This document shows, in pieces, positions 28,017 through 42,100 of a stretch of 64,000 bases of DNA (positions are counted from its first letter, which is position 1; each line of letters begins with the position of its first letter). Below the pieces are notes generated by a model. The model made no database searches, was not told the DNA's origin, and saw only the letters and a program-made list of their open reading frames with translations. The position numbers were made by a program, and so were the translations under genes. The stretch spans positions 1 through 64,000 of IMG/VR virus record IMGVR_UViG_3300012983_000040. One strand, written 5' to 3'. This DNA is from a virus (Duplodnaviria > Caudoviricetes).

Positions 28017-31000
28017 TTATATACAATTTTCTCTTATCATAGTAGAAGCCTTAGCCACAATAGCTAAAGGATTTACTTTAAAAATAAAACCTCCATTTTT
28101 ATCTATTCCAACTTTTAATATCTTTTTTAATTCTTTTTCTGAAATAGTTAGTTCCTTATTATACACTTTATTGTTGAACGAATTTAATTTAATAGTAACT
28201 TCAGTTTTATTATTATTTTTTATTAATTTAGCTGAAGCTACTCCATTTCCAAATCTTATTGAAGAGTATTTATCAAAATTAACTTCCGTGTCCATTTCTG
28301 GTGTATCATAATTGGATGTCCATACATTATCTACTAAGAAATAGTCATACTATCCCATATACCCATATGCCATTCTAGAACCTTCAAATTCATCTATTTC
28401 TTCATTATCAACTTTTTCAGTTTTATTTAATTTGTATATATCATATCGTAATGTCTATCTATTAAATCTATAATAATAAGGAATGTTTTTACTAGAAGCA
28501 TTGGCGGCATTTAGTTCTGTATCGTGAGGAGCTAAAGCTATTTCCAACATTTCTGTAGTATAATCTACTCCTTGCTAGAAGTCATAATTAGTATCCATAT
28601 GTCCAATAAAGTCATAATAACGTTTAACCGCATTATCTTCATTAGTTTTAACAAATGGCTCAAACATAGGAGTCAAAGATTTACCTCCACTCTCGTTTCT
28701 AAAATTGATTAAATTATAGTAAAATAGTAAATCTGCAATATTATATCCATTATCATCAGAAACTTTATAACGTTTTGTTCTTAAATCAAACAAGTCCATT
28801 TGATATTTAGAGAAAGCGTCCTATTCTACATCTGATTTTGGAATCATATCTATTGGAAGTGTATGTACAGTAATATTATTTCTATCTGCTGTTCTATTAG
28901 AATATGATTTAATTAAATCTCTTAAAAATGTATTTACGTTTGTCCCGTCAGCACCTAACACTCTAATTGTTTCTTTATTCTATTTTTGTGTGACACTAGG
29001 AGAGAATAATAGTCCTTGTTTAGATAATCGAGGTAGAACTTCTGTATTCATCCAGACCCTAAATGTTTCATTCCCTTCTCTTGTACCTAATTCAATATAA
29101 GTTGGTGTATCATATACTTTATAATCCATTGGATTAATTGGTCCTTCACCATCAGGTTTACTAAATATTTTATTGTGGGCTGGAATTTCTATATAACTTA
29201 CTTCTTCTCTTAAAAATGCATTAGTCATTAAACTGTTAATCCAAGTTTCTCCCTTTTTATAGAAAGTTTCTGCTTTTTTACCTGTTAATCGCAGTTTATT
29301 AGAAACAAAAGGTAGTATGACTTTTAACATCATTCTATCTTTTAGAGAATTTCCAGTTTGTGCAAATATAACATTTGCAGTCTATAAATACTAATTAAAG
29401 TGTGGGACATTTGTTGCTACCCATAGAGGATTAAATGACTATTTTATATAATCATCGTAGGCTTTAATAACTTTATTTCTATAACTAAGATCTTTAAAAA
29501 ACTTCCAAAAATCTATTAGAAGATCATCATTTTCTAATAATTCTGCGATAGTTTCTTTTGTTTCCTTAGATAAGTTCTTTCTTTGAGCTCCTTCTTTAAT
29601 TATTCTAGTAAAGTTATTATAAAATCTATAGGCTTCTTCAGTCTTTGTTTTTTGTCCTTGATTTAGTCCTAAAAGCTCACGTAGTTTTCCCATTTCATGT
29701 TCACCTGCTTCTAGAGTTTTAAGATTTTCTAAATCCGCCCACATGTTTCCTCGTATTTTCTACTCTTGAGTTTCAGGGTCTAATTCATATCCAAATTCTT
29801 TTATATGTGAATCCGCTATTTCATGAATTGCGACAGCATATGATATTAGATTATCTATACTACGTTTTCTTGATATCTCATCGTAACTATACCCTCGATT
29901 TCGATAATTATTTTCTTTATATTTACGTTTATCTGCTGCCTTTACTCCTTCATTTAATTGAATTCTTCCTTTTAAAAGTTTAAGTCTCTATAAGTATTTA
30001 TTGAATTCTCCAGTCTTTGTTACCTCTATTACTGTATCACGGACTCCATTCTTTCCTTTTAAAATAAAGAGAGAATCTAGTGATTTACCATCAAACTCAA
30101 TTCCTTGTATACCTAATCCTAATTCATTAAACTAAGTATTCATTAATTTTAAAGCAGTAGTAGAAATATTAGTATTAGTTAAAGTCTTCCTATCTTTACT
30201 TAAAATATCAAGTATTTTAGAAGCATATTTAGTAGAACCACCATCGGTAAATATGTTTGACTTCATCATTCTAGATAATACCTGTGCTGTTTGAGAAGTC
30301 ATTATTTTGAAAATATCTTCAAATTCCATACCTATAGCAATACCATATAAATATAATCCAGCTAAATCTGAACCAGCATTTAAACGTTCTAATTTTAACT
30401 CTTTAGCATTATCTGTCGCTAGTGTCATAATTCCTGAATCGTTAGATCCTGCCCATTCTGTATGGTTTATTGACCGCTCATATAATGCATTAGCAATATC
30501 ATTAGGAACTCCTTTAGATACTAGTTTATCTATTATTTCCTATTTAGTTCCTTCTCCAAGATAAATATCTGGTAAGGAATAATAGTGTTTATCAGTTCCA
30601 TTTTTACTCTTGATTACAACATCAAATAGTATATTACTTATGTTTGCATTATTCGCAATAGCATTATTAGTTGCCTAAGTAGTTGTGTGAAGAACTTTCA
30701 TTCCAGCAGATGCGGCTATACCAATAACACCTTTTCCTGTATGGTTCTAGTTTAAAGCAGCTCCCATAATAGAACTATTTCCAGGTCTACTATCCTATGG
30801 TCTAGCACCTACATTAGAATCTTCTCCTAACTATTTAGGTTTAGCAGCACTCTAATCTACTGTAGTTCCGGCAGCTATTGCGTTTGCAGGAGCTTCTGCA
30901 ATTTCTATAGTTTTCCAAGCTACGAAATTTTTTGATATATTCGTTTTTTCTTCCTTATTTACAACATTAATATAATTATTGTGTTTATTAATGAATACTT

Positions 31001-34000
31001 GGAGAGCTAATACTAAGTCTTCATCTTTTAAAGTATTAGGATCATAATAAAGTTTTGCTGTCCTATCGTACTAATGTTTTGTAAAGTATTGCTATTGTGC
31101 TTTCTTTACATCCCTTAATAGGTTAGCTAGAAGTTCCTACTGTTCTCTAGTTCTGTGTGACTTTAATTTATATTTTAACTATTTCTTGGATACTTGATTC
31201 TAAGTATTATTAATTTCAGAATCAGTAGTGCTAGATGTATCATTACTATTCGCTTCTATATCTTCTTCTGATGCATTAGAGGTATTCTATTTATTTAATT
31301 CAAATAATGATATATACTTAGAGTAATCGATACTATTATAAGTTCCTGACTCTAAAACACTTTTACGCCCAGTTGGGTAAGGTAATAATCGTAACGATTC
31401 TTCTAATTTTGTCCAAGAGTTCATCTAAAAATAAGGACTCCATGCCGAGAACTCTCCAGCTTGATTAAATGCAAATCCCATAAATGTTGCTTTATCTACA
31501 TCATAGTCAGAGCCCTATAGTCTAATCTATTCAGCACTTACATAACAGTCATTAACATCTGATTCTGTAAATCCAACAATTTCCATCGCCATAAAAGACT
31601 ACATTCCCTATGCAGGAATACGTGCTACCGTAAATAACTATGAAAGGTTAAAGGCTGCTCTCATCTTTTTTGCACGATACTTGAGCTTATTATAAAAATC
31701 TGCATAATTTTTTTCAAATTCAGATTCTATTATTCCTCTATCTTTTCCCGGAGTTTTTAAATATTTTATAATAAGATTAACAAATTCTTCCTACTTTTTT
31801 ATGTATTCATTAAAACTTCCACATTTTTCGATTAAAGATTTTATTTTAGTGCATACATATTTATTGTCAATCTCATTCAATGCTTGCATAATAGTTTCTG
31901 AATTACTAGAATTATTAAATTCTATATCAACATAATTTAGATTTGATAAATAGAAAGCTAAATTATCAGTAGAAATTATTTCTTGCTTTGTAATATTATC
32001 ATAATATATAGAATCTCTTGTACTTGATAGTGGGTATAATTTCTCCGTTGGTTTCCAATCATTCATTCTAAATGTACCATCATCATCAGTAAAAGTTTCA
32101 ATTACTTGTTTATGTAATTTACTTGAATGACTTACTTCTGGAGATTCTGAGTATTTTAAATAAATATGTTTACCGTCAGCTCTTTTTAAACATATATCAT
32201 ATAATGTTTTATCTTTATCCTTCTGTCCTGGATTACTAGTTCCTATATAATTTTCTAATAATCTATTCAAGAAAAATTTACTATTAGTCATAATGTCCGA
32301 TAAAGTATCTCCTTTTCTTATACCAAACTAAGTAGCATAAATTGGGGGTAATAAGGCTTCAAACTTTTTAACATCATAAGAATTTACTTTGAAATCTACA
32401 ACGTTCATATTCTCATCATAAATTTGTAGATTTTTGAATCCCTAAATAGCTAATAAGTCCTTTTGTAGAAGTCTTTCTTTCTATACTTTATCAAGAACTG
32501 GGATATCTGTTTTTAGATCTGCAACATACATCCACAATTCTTGTAATTCTTGTTTTACACCGTATTCTTTAAAAGTTTCCTCTAAAGCTCTTTGAGGGTT
32601 ATATAAACTTCCCTCTCTCTGTTTAATTCTAGATAATGACAATAATAATTTCTACTATATATCTCCTAAGATATTATCCTAAACCACTTTGATGTCATAT
32701 CTATTAGCTTTAAGAGGATTCTAATTTAGGCTGTTAATGCCATTTATGTGAATATTGTGACTTCCTAAATTTCTTCCATATAGATCTATTTTTTGTACAG
32801 ATAATATGTTATCCTCAAAGTCATTAACGTCGGATATTCTTACGAGTTTGTTTTTAATTAATCCAGTCTCTTCTTCAATATATGTTACTTTAAAAAAGTT
32901 AAATTGATTATTATCTGCAATGATTTGATCCTTGATGTTTTTTAATGATTCCTTCTACCTGGTAGTAGCCTCATATAAATCATTTGATACGGTGGTTCTA
33001 TCATATACTTTACCCTCTTTGTAAATTATTTCATTTAACGAATAATTAAGTCCTGCCAATTTAAATTTCCATAGGTAATAGTAATCTGAATTTCTTAAAT
33101 GAATTAACTATCCATTAAGAGGGTGAATTTTAGTTGTATTAGTTAAACTATCTATTTCAGGTTCAATAACTATTTCATATGTTCGCCCAATTTCAGTTTG
33201 AGGAAGTTTTATTCCTTTAGGTAAATACTACTAAATTCGTTCTAATTCATTAAAAGTCTCTATTTCTGAGAGCTGTTTATTTCCGTACACTTTATACTGG
33301 TCGTGAGATGGATTTAATACAGCTAAAACTCCATATAATTTTGTGCGGATGGCTTTTTTATTAAGTGAAGAAGTAATAACAGTTCTTAACATACTATACG
33401 TAGATGGATCACTAAAAGCAAACACACCTTCAGTGTCTTTAAAGTTTAAGTGTTTACCCTACTTTGCTTCAGAGATTAAACGTTCAGCTATTGCTCTTGG
33501 TATATTTGCTCCTCTAGTTGCACTAGATGTATGAACTAGTTCGTCTATAATTAATTTAGATACAATTTCTTGTAATCCAGCTCTATCATTAGTTGAAAAA
33601 ACCTTATTTAATTCGGTCATAGAATCTGCTATTGTCAAGCTTGTTAGTGCAGCTAATGCTTCATATACTTCTTGTGCTTTTTCTTGAGTATATCCACGTT
33701 CAGACAAAGCAGAAATAACCTAGGTCATCATTGAAACAGTAGATTGGTCTGCCTCGTGAGTAGGATCTAATTGAATACCAGCATCATACATATCTGTTTT
33801 AAAGAAGTTAAGATCTTTATCAGTAAAATAATCAGCTTTAGAATTAATATTTGCTGCATATTTTTTAATAGCACCTTCTGTAACTACATAATGAATTTCT
33901 GACTCTTTCATTGGTTGCCAATATAGATCAGCATTACGCATTACACGGTTATCTCCTTGATATGTAAATTTCTTTCCATGCTATTCTGCCTCATGATCAT

Positions 34001-37000
34001 ATAGTAGTTGTTGCAAAGTACCATTTACTCTTTTAAATCTAACTTTACATGCAGTATCAGCTACTATTTTTATAGAATTTTCAGAATATTCAAATTTTCC
34101 ATCTTTATTTATAGTAACACTATTATATTTACCTAGAACTTTCCAAAAATCATAATTATTATTTATTTTGACCGTCTTTTTTTCTTCTACAAATCCGCCA
34201 TCTTCTATTAACCATCCATCTTCAGAATTTATGTTACGTATTCTTGTTTTGACTATATAAGTATTTTTAAGTCTTTCTTTAACTTCTGGAGCTACTTTTT
34301 CTGGAGAAAATACCTTTTCAAATGATACAATTTCTTTAACTACTTTTTTGCCTTTGTATGTATCATAATACATTGCTCCAGATATTTCTTTATCTACTCC
34401 AAACTACATTCTTGCTATTCCAAGAGGATTTGCTGGGAATTTATTGTTTGGTGACTAAGGAAATAAAGTTAAATTTACATCTAGTTCATTTCCATCTGGA
34501 TCTGTCCATATGTGATGAGACATTTTCCAATGAAGTCTTTCCTGGGCAAATGAGTTTCTCATTTTTGCGTTAGTTAAGGCAAAAGTAGCTGTTTTAATTA
34601 ATTCTCCAGCAACAGTTCTTGGATCATATGCTCCTATAATAGGTTTTTTTGTTACTCCAGTAATTTGATTATTTAGACTATAGTTTTCCCAATGATGCTA
34701 AAATGCACTTACCCAAGTTGCTCCATCGTATGGTTTTACTGTTTGAATATCTCCCATAATACCAGAGCATTCTGCTATTACATCTTCTAAGACAGCTACA
34801 TTTACCTTAGCTAAAGTTCCCCAAGTATCACCTAAAAGATACTATAATTTTGTTGCAGATGTAATTACATTTCTTTTATTATTATCAAACCATTTATAGC
34901 TTTCTTCTTGTAGAGTATTCGTACCTTTTTTTGCATCAGCCCATATATGGGAACCAACACTAGTAAAGGAAGATAAAGTGGACCAATAAAATGAATTTAA
35001 ATTAAACTATTCAAATATAGGATTTACCTTTATTCTAGCTTTTTTACCTTTATATTTAAGATTTAGTTGACTTAATTTAAAGTTATTTTTATAAAATTCT
35101 ATTTTATTATTATTATTATCAACTCCTTCTAATATTGCCAAGTCTGCGCGTGTAGATAACTATACTGGATTTAATATATATTCTTCCTTAAGTGATTCTT
35201 CGTCTATTCTAACTGGTATCTTTTCATAAGCAGTAACCCACTCACCATTATCGTTCTAAACCTCTACAATACCAAAAGCCATTCTATCCCAATTCTAAGT
35301 GAACCATATACTTGCAAAATCAGACACTAATTCTTTCTAGGCTTCAGGTCTTGTCATTCCGGTCTGTTCTAAGACAAGTAATTTCTGTTTGTACTCTGGA
35401 ATATTATTAAATATACCATATACGCTGTGATATAGCTCTGTATGACCTTCTAGAGCATGTAAATCAATGACTACATCATTTTTTAGAAGATCTGAAATAA
35501 ATTCTAAATTACTATCTTTAATAAATTTCTTATATGAATCTTCTACAAAATTAGTTGTTACAGCAATGTTTCCATCTTTGTCAATAAATCTATTAATAAA
35601 TGATTCATACGAAGAACCTAACTGTTCTTTTGTGTTCTATGCTCTTATAAGTCCGAATATAACTGAATTCCATTCTAAATTTTTATATTGCTCTTTAATC
35701 TGCTCTAAAAGAACTTCATATTCTTTTGCAACTTTATATCCTAAATTAGTTATATCTTTACTTTTAATGGTCAATTTATCTATTCTCTCTTGATATTCTT
35801 CTGGAGATAATAATGTAAATCGACTTAAAGCTTCTATAAATGAAAATCCTAATTCTAAATTGTGAGTTTTGCGATTAACATGATAATGTACGTTATTAGC
35901 AAAAGCAATTGGATTATGCCTGTTTTGAGAATTATGTAAGAAGACTATTTCTCTAAATTTATCAAATGGGTCAATACCCTATTTATGACACCATTCATTA
36001 AATGAAGTAAAATTATCTCTTATTGATAATGGTATATCCGTATTATACTTATTATCGTATGTTTTCTTAATAGTTTTGAAATCATTCTCTATATTAATAA
36101 AACAATTTCGATAAGTGTCTCCAAGAGTATATTTAATTTCTTTTTCTGCATCTTCTGCAGTTAAAATTTTAGCTAAATCAATTATTACTTTTGGAACATT
36201 TGGTTTATCCGAAGATACTGATTCAGTAAATCTAGGATCCCATTTTCTTCCCATATATACAGGAAGTAAGAAATCCATAACAAAACTACTGTAAGCACTC
36301 TCCTTAAAGTTAAAGTCTTTATGTTGTTTTGAGTCATATCCATTAACTCCCTCTCTAGACATAGCGTATCCTTTAAATGCAGGCATAAATTCTCTAATCA
36401 TAATATTTACAGGGTCCAAAGCATTTACGTAATTCGATATTCTAGAAAATTTTTCTGCAATAAGCATTGAAGATTGCCCAATAGTTAATGATGTATTTTC
36501 GGCAGTTCTAACTTGAGTTTTAAAGGCTTCACCTCGAACTAATGTTTGTGCTTCTACAAATTCCTCTAGCATATTACTTACTCCAGAAGAAATTAAATCT
36601 ATGCCCTAGTAATTTCTACTTGTTCTTAAAGATTTCTAATCATCACCATACCAGTCTTTTATTGCTTCATCATAAGAAAATTCTGTTGGATTTCCGATTT
36701 CAAATCCCTTATTCAAATACTAATTTAACTATTGATGTGTTATATGATCAGCTCCTGCCAATCCTCGCATTCTTAAAGTATCTATATCTACTACTTCAAT
36801 GTCCTTATTATCTTTTTTAATAGTTTTTGTGTATGGTTTATCGTTTTCTGTAGTATAGAATTTAAGTTCTCTAATTAAATTATTTTCTAGAATACGAACA
36901 GTATACATCTAATCATTTTTTAGCGTGCCTGGTCTTTGAATAATTGAAGGATTTGCTTTCTTTTCTCTAAATAATTTAATATTTACCAGAATAGGTAAAG

Positions 37001-39101
37001 TAGAATTAATAACATGAATTGCGGCTCTATTAAAATCATACTTCTAATCAGCGTTCCTAAATTTATCTAAGAAGGCTATTCGCAACTCTTTATTATTTAT
37101 TAAATCTATCTATAATATATCTTTTGCCCATTGACATACTACGTTGAAGTCTGTTTCAGTAAGTACTTGGTCTAAATCTCCAGTTCCGTTTTTACCTCTT
37201 GTAAACAACTAAAAAGGAGTGTCTTCTCCTGCTTTATATTTTGATAATATCCAAGCATTCTTAAAGTTAGGCTATCTAGTATCAAACGAGAATCTCCAAA
37301 TATCTCCTGCAAAATTCTTTAGCTCAGCTGATACTCTTCTTATGGCCTATCCGACTACTTCATTTCTTTCGGCTATAAATTGTGGATTTTTATATTCACT
37401 ATTTACATTATACTTTACTAGAAAATCATCACATTCTCCGGCTACAAATTGAGAATTAACACTCTCTTTAAATCTAGATAAATTAGTATCTAGCTATCTT
37501 GGATTTAATGTGTCTAGAGTAATAGTTCCATCATCTCTAATTCTATACTAAGTATAATCTATAATAGATGTTGTATCAAATAACTATGCTATCTGATTAA
37601 ATATTCGATTAGAAGTAGAGTAAACTGAGTTTCGGTCCTTAAATAAATAATGATGTAGATTGTCAAACACTCTTTTCTCTATTGATGATTTAAATGGAAT
37701 ATTTAATATATTTCTAGTATCAAATAATAATTTTAAATACCATGCCGAATTTCCCCTTACTTTATTAACAATGTCTTGTAAGTAAATTCCATATCTTCCC
37801 TTGCCTAATTGAACACCTTTGTCTTTAATTAACTGGGCTATTTGTCTTTTGTAAATAGAACGTTGTTCAAGTGTTACATTATTGTATTTATCTATGTCAA
37901 TAAGTTTATTATTAGGCTTTAGAAGATTAATTATACTATCTAAATCCAACTAATGTGCGTCATCAGTATTAACATAGAATAAAGCATCTCTATTGTATAA
38001 ATTATTAAACCGAAAATCTCTTTTAATAATCTGGGTAAAATATACAATGTGATCCTTTTTTAAATATACACCCGTTTCTGATTCAGAATTATTAATATTA
38101 CTTAAAATTGGAAAACTTTCTATTAATATTTGTAGACTTTTTGGAATTACATCATAAGCTCCTTTTTGTTGTAGATCTTCTTGTTGCCACGTTAATATTT
38201 TATTAGCATCTTCTTTAAGGTTAAATTCATATTTATCCTAATCACATACTAATTTATCCTTAAATTTAAATCTAATTAAAGTTTTAAATTCACTAATTAG
38301 TAGTGAATCAAAATGTTTAAGAATAAAGTAAGCATTATAGGCTGTTAATTTTTTTAAAAATGTTTTTTCACTAGTACTCCTATGTCTCCACATAGTTAAT
38401 GTAGTCGTATTTTGTGAAAAATTATAGAAATTTTTAAGTTCTTTATTAGTGTTAAACTAGAAATAATCATCTAATTTAGCAATAGTTACATCATCTCCTT
38501 CCCGTAAATTTTTAGGTAAATTATTGTTTGGGTCTATTTGATTAATGTACTCCAATATGTCTTCATACATTTCCTACTGAACTGTATGTATTTGTTTGTT
38601 TAGTGATTCATTATTTCCTAGAATTTCTTCTTCTTCTTTTAAATTTAACATAATGTCGTTTATTAATTTTCTCCTAAAATATTTTAACATTACGTTAGTT
38701 GCAGAAGTATTCATATAAACTCTCTCAATAAAGTTAGATGTCTATAGAGTATTTCCTGTATAATCCTAAACAGTGTCTGCAAGGGAGTCATTTACTGACT
38801 CCCTAACAGATTCATATGTTTTATCTGGAAACATCCAAGAAAAAATTTCTTGTTTAGTTGTAGGTGTGTCTCCAATAGAATTTATTAATTCATAAATTGT
38901 ATTAAGTGCTTCTTCATTGTACTCATACTCTACAAACTCTGGGGTTTGAGCAAAATCTTGAATTTCACGTTTCATATCATCAATAAATTCCTACTTTTCT
39001 TCTGGAGAAAATTCATTTTCTGGGTCTATTAATGCTTCCTAGAATGTTTTAAGTTGGTCTATAATGCTTTCATAGCCTTTTGCGCATGTGATACTTAACA
39101 T
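28017..39101 (-). CDS. Virion-packaged double-psi-barrel DNA-dependent RNA polymerase (~3694 aa, TAG=Gln)
   Basis: ARIPA(TAG)GM(TAG)SFM...RL(TAG)GSDYDVDK at 31622-31491 gives the DxDxD catalytic motif. All track fragments from 28017 to 38975 share one frame. Confidence 0.88.
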
Positions 39102-39102
39102 A

Positions 39103-42100
39103 TTATATACATTTTAATATATCGGTTAATTCTTTAAATCTTTCTGGAGTAATCTGTTTCTTTATCTTTAGCATTGTAAATTGACTCTTAAGCCAAGCTT
39201 CTGGACTCTTTCCCTAATTCTCTAATATTTGAGTTAATATTTCAGCTAGTTTTGGTATACTATACTTTCCTGGCTCAAACTGCCCTTCTGTAAGATCTCT
39301 AATTTTATTATATAACATACTAAACTCTGTAGATTCAGGAGTAATATCAAATTGTTTATTAGAATCTGAGTAAACTGGATCAGTTATAATAAAATCTTTA
39401 ACTATTTCATTCAATCCCTCAAAATTTAATGGTAAGACTCCTTCTTTTAATACTTGTAGAGCTTCATTGCCTTCTAATATTTTGAAGTGTCCATCTAAGC
39501 TACCCCAAATTGTAAGTCTTCCATTATCTAAATCTAACATTGTTAAAGTATACTCGTTTCCATTTAAAGTATATTTAATTGGGATTTTAAAGTCTATTGT
39601 TTTTCTATTTAGATTTTCTGAATCAGAACTATATATATAATCATTAGTTTCTGAAATAAAATTCCAATCTCGGTCATCCAATGGATATTTGTCATATAGT
39701 AATAGCTATCCATCAGTAGTTAAAACATATGTGCCTTCTTTAGTAGAGAAAAATGTCTTTACTTTATATTCATCAAAATCTATTGGTTCCTCTAAGTCAT
39801 ATTTAACTACACCAATCTAATCTACTGCCTTTGATTTTAATGCTACAGTAACAGGATCTGCCATTACTACTCTTTCAGGTACACTATAATTTAAATCTGT
39901 TAAAGGCTTTGATTCTTCTGGTTTATTTAAGGGACTATCACTAAATGTTATTATTTTATCATTATTGATATTTACTTTATAATATTTAATTCCTTGTCCA
40001 CTGAATTCCTGCTCTAAAATTAAATCTTCTTCAGTAACTTGGGATAAATCAATTTGATTTTTCTTATCTCCCATATCTTTTACTTTATAGATTTTAAAAT
40101 CTTTATTAGGATTTTTTAAGTCTTCTGAATAGATAACCAACCACTGATTGTTTCCTAAGTTTATTGTGTATGTACTTGGAATATTTGTTATATTTATTTC
40201 TGGACGTCTTAATACATCTAAAAGAGATGATCTAGAAACTCCTAATACGTTACGTTTTTCAGTATGATCAAATATATCCGCATATCCTGTAGGAACTCCA
40301 TTTTGTAGAGTTCTTAACATTGAACCTTGCCCAATTACTCTTCCATTAGATTGTTTTTTATTCATTCTAAGTACCTAATCAAGTATAGACATTAAATTTC
40401 CTACTAATGGACCACTTGTTATAATAGAAGCATACTAAAATGGACTATCTTTATAAGTAAATCTTCCATTACCCTAAGTTGAATCTGTAATTACTCTATG
40501 AAATTCAAAAGCTTCAGTATTAGATGAATTATTGCTAAGACGCATATGTACAGTATATGCAGGATCTTTCTCATATTCGGGATTGTATAATAGTGCCTAA
40601 TCTTTAGCTGCCTCTTTTATGAAAGCTCTAACTTCTTCCATTGGGTAAGATTTGTACTACTCATTTCTTCCCATATCTTCTGGTGCATAAATAAACTATA
40701 AGAACCTTCTGAGAATAGTCCGCAATTGGGCTCCCTAAGTACCGTCCTATTTATTAATAGGCTTAGTCTTCATACGATCAATAATTGCATTCACATAACC
40801 TTTATTTTTATAATCTCCAGACTGCAACCACTAATCTAACTCTCCCTTTATAGTACTTGGTAATTCTCTTTCGGCTATATTATATATATCCTAAATTTTA
40901 GCCTTACGCTCTTCACTTATCTGTCCTTCAACATACGACATTTTTAGTATTTCATCTCCTATAGATTCTAAGTTATATAATGGATCAAAAGATAATGTCA
41001 TAACGGCACTACATACTTTATTTATAGGAGAATCTTTCCCATTAGTGTAGTGCGCTGCAAATACTTTCTAAAGAATTCTATAAATTGTGAATTGATTACC
41101 TATATCTTGACGATTATCTGTGTCATTTTTTCCTTTAAATATATTCTCGTGTTCAGATTTGATAAATGCATCAAAATCCGTTTGAGGTGGTCTAACTGCA
41201 ATTATTTTTACTTTAGTAGGAAGTGTTGAGTCCTATAACTACTTATCTAGATAATTAAACATTTCAGTCTCATCAAACTAACCATCTAAAGTCTCAAAGG
41301 CTCCTGCATCTGCTATTAATATGTATTGAGCACCCGTTTTTAAAATAATTCCATTTTCGTTGCCTATTTGTGAATAAGAACCCTGTCCAATTACTGTATA
41401 AATATTAGATACCTATTTATCGGGTTCTTCGTAGAGTCCTCTAACTTCATGTAATGTTAGTCTTTCAGTACTTAAATCTCTAGCAGTTGCTTCATATCCA
41501 TCTGCCTAATAGTCAAATCCTCTGTCACTAGCAGAAACGAACCATCCAAGACTTTCAAATAAACCATTTTCATGTGTTGGAGTTTTTACTAATTGAGTTG
41601 CAGGATGTAATAGATATGCTTCTCTAGAACCTCTCATATAGAAGTCTATTAATTTAATAAAAGTAGCAGCTCCCAATGGTGGATTATTTTTATTGTTTTC
41701 TATTAAGTCTAATAAATCATTATATATTTTTTCATCCTATCCATGTAGAGTTAAATTCTTTAAACTTAATCCTTTTACAATTATATCCTATACCCGAGGA
41801 TCTAAAGCATTTTTACATTTATTAAATAAAGTTCTATAATTAGGAATTGTTGCTACAGGAATAGTGAGATATACAATATCTTTTCCTTTCTCTGCTCCCT
41901 TTTTACCTATTACTAATAAAACTTCGTGTCTATTTACTTCACCGTTCTTATCTCCGAATCCTTTTGGACCCCAAGCTCTTTCTCTTTCTCGGTCTACATT
42001 TAATTGTTGTCTTGTTTCTAAATCGTTATATTTATTAGTATATGCAGTTACTACGTATCGCATTGAGAGTTCTTCAAGAGTACATTTATTAGTTCCTGAT

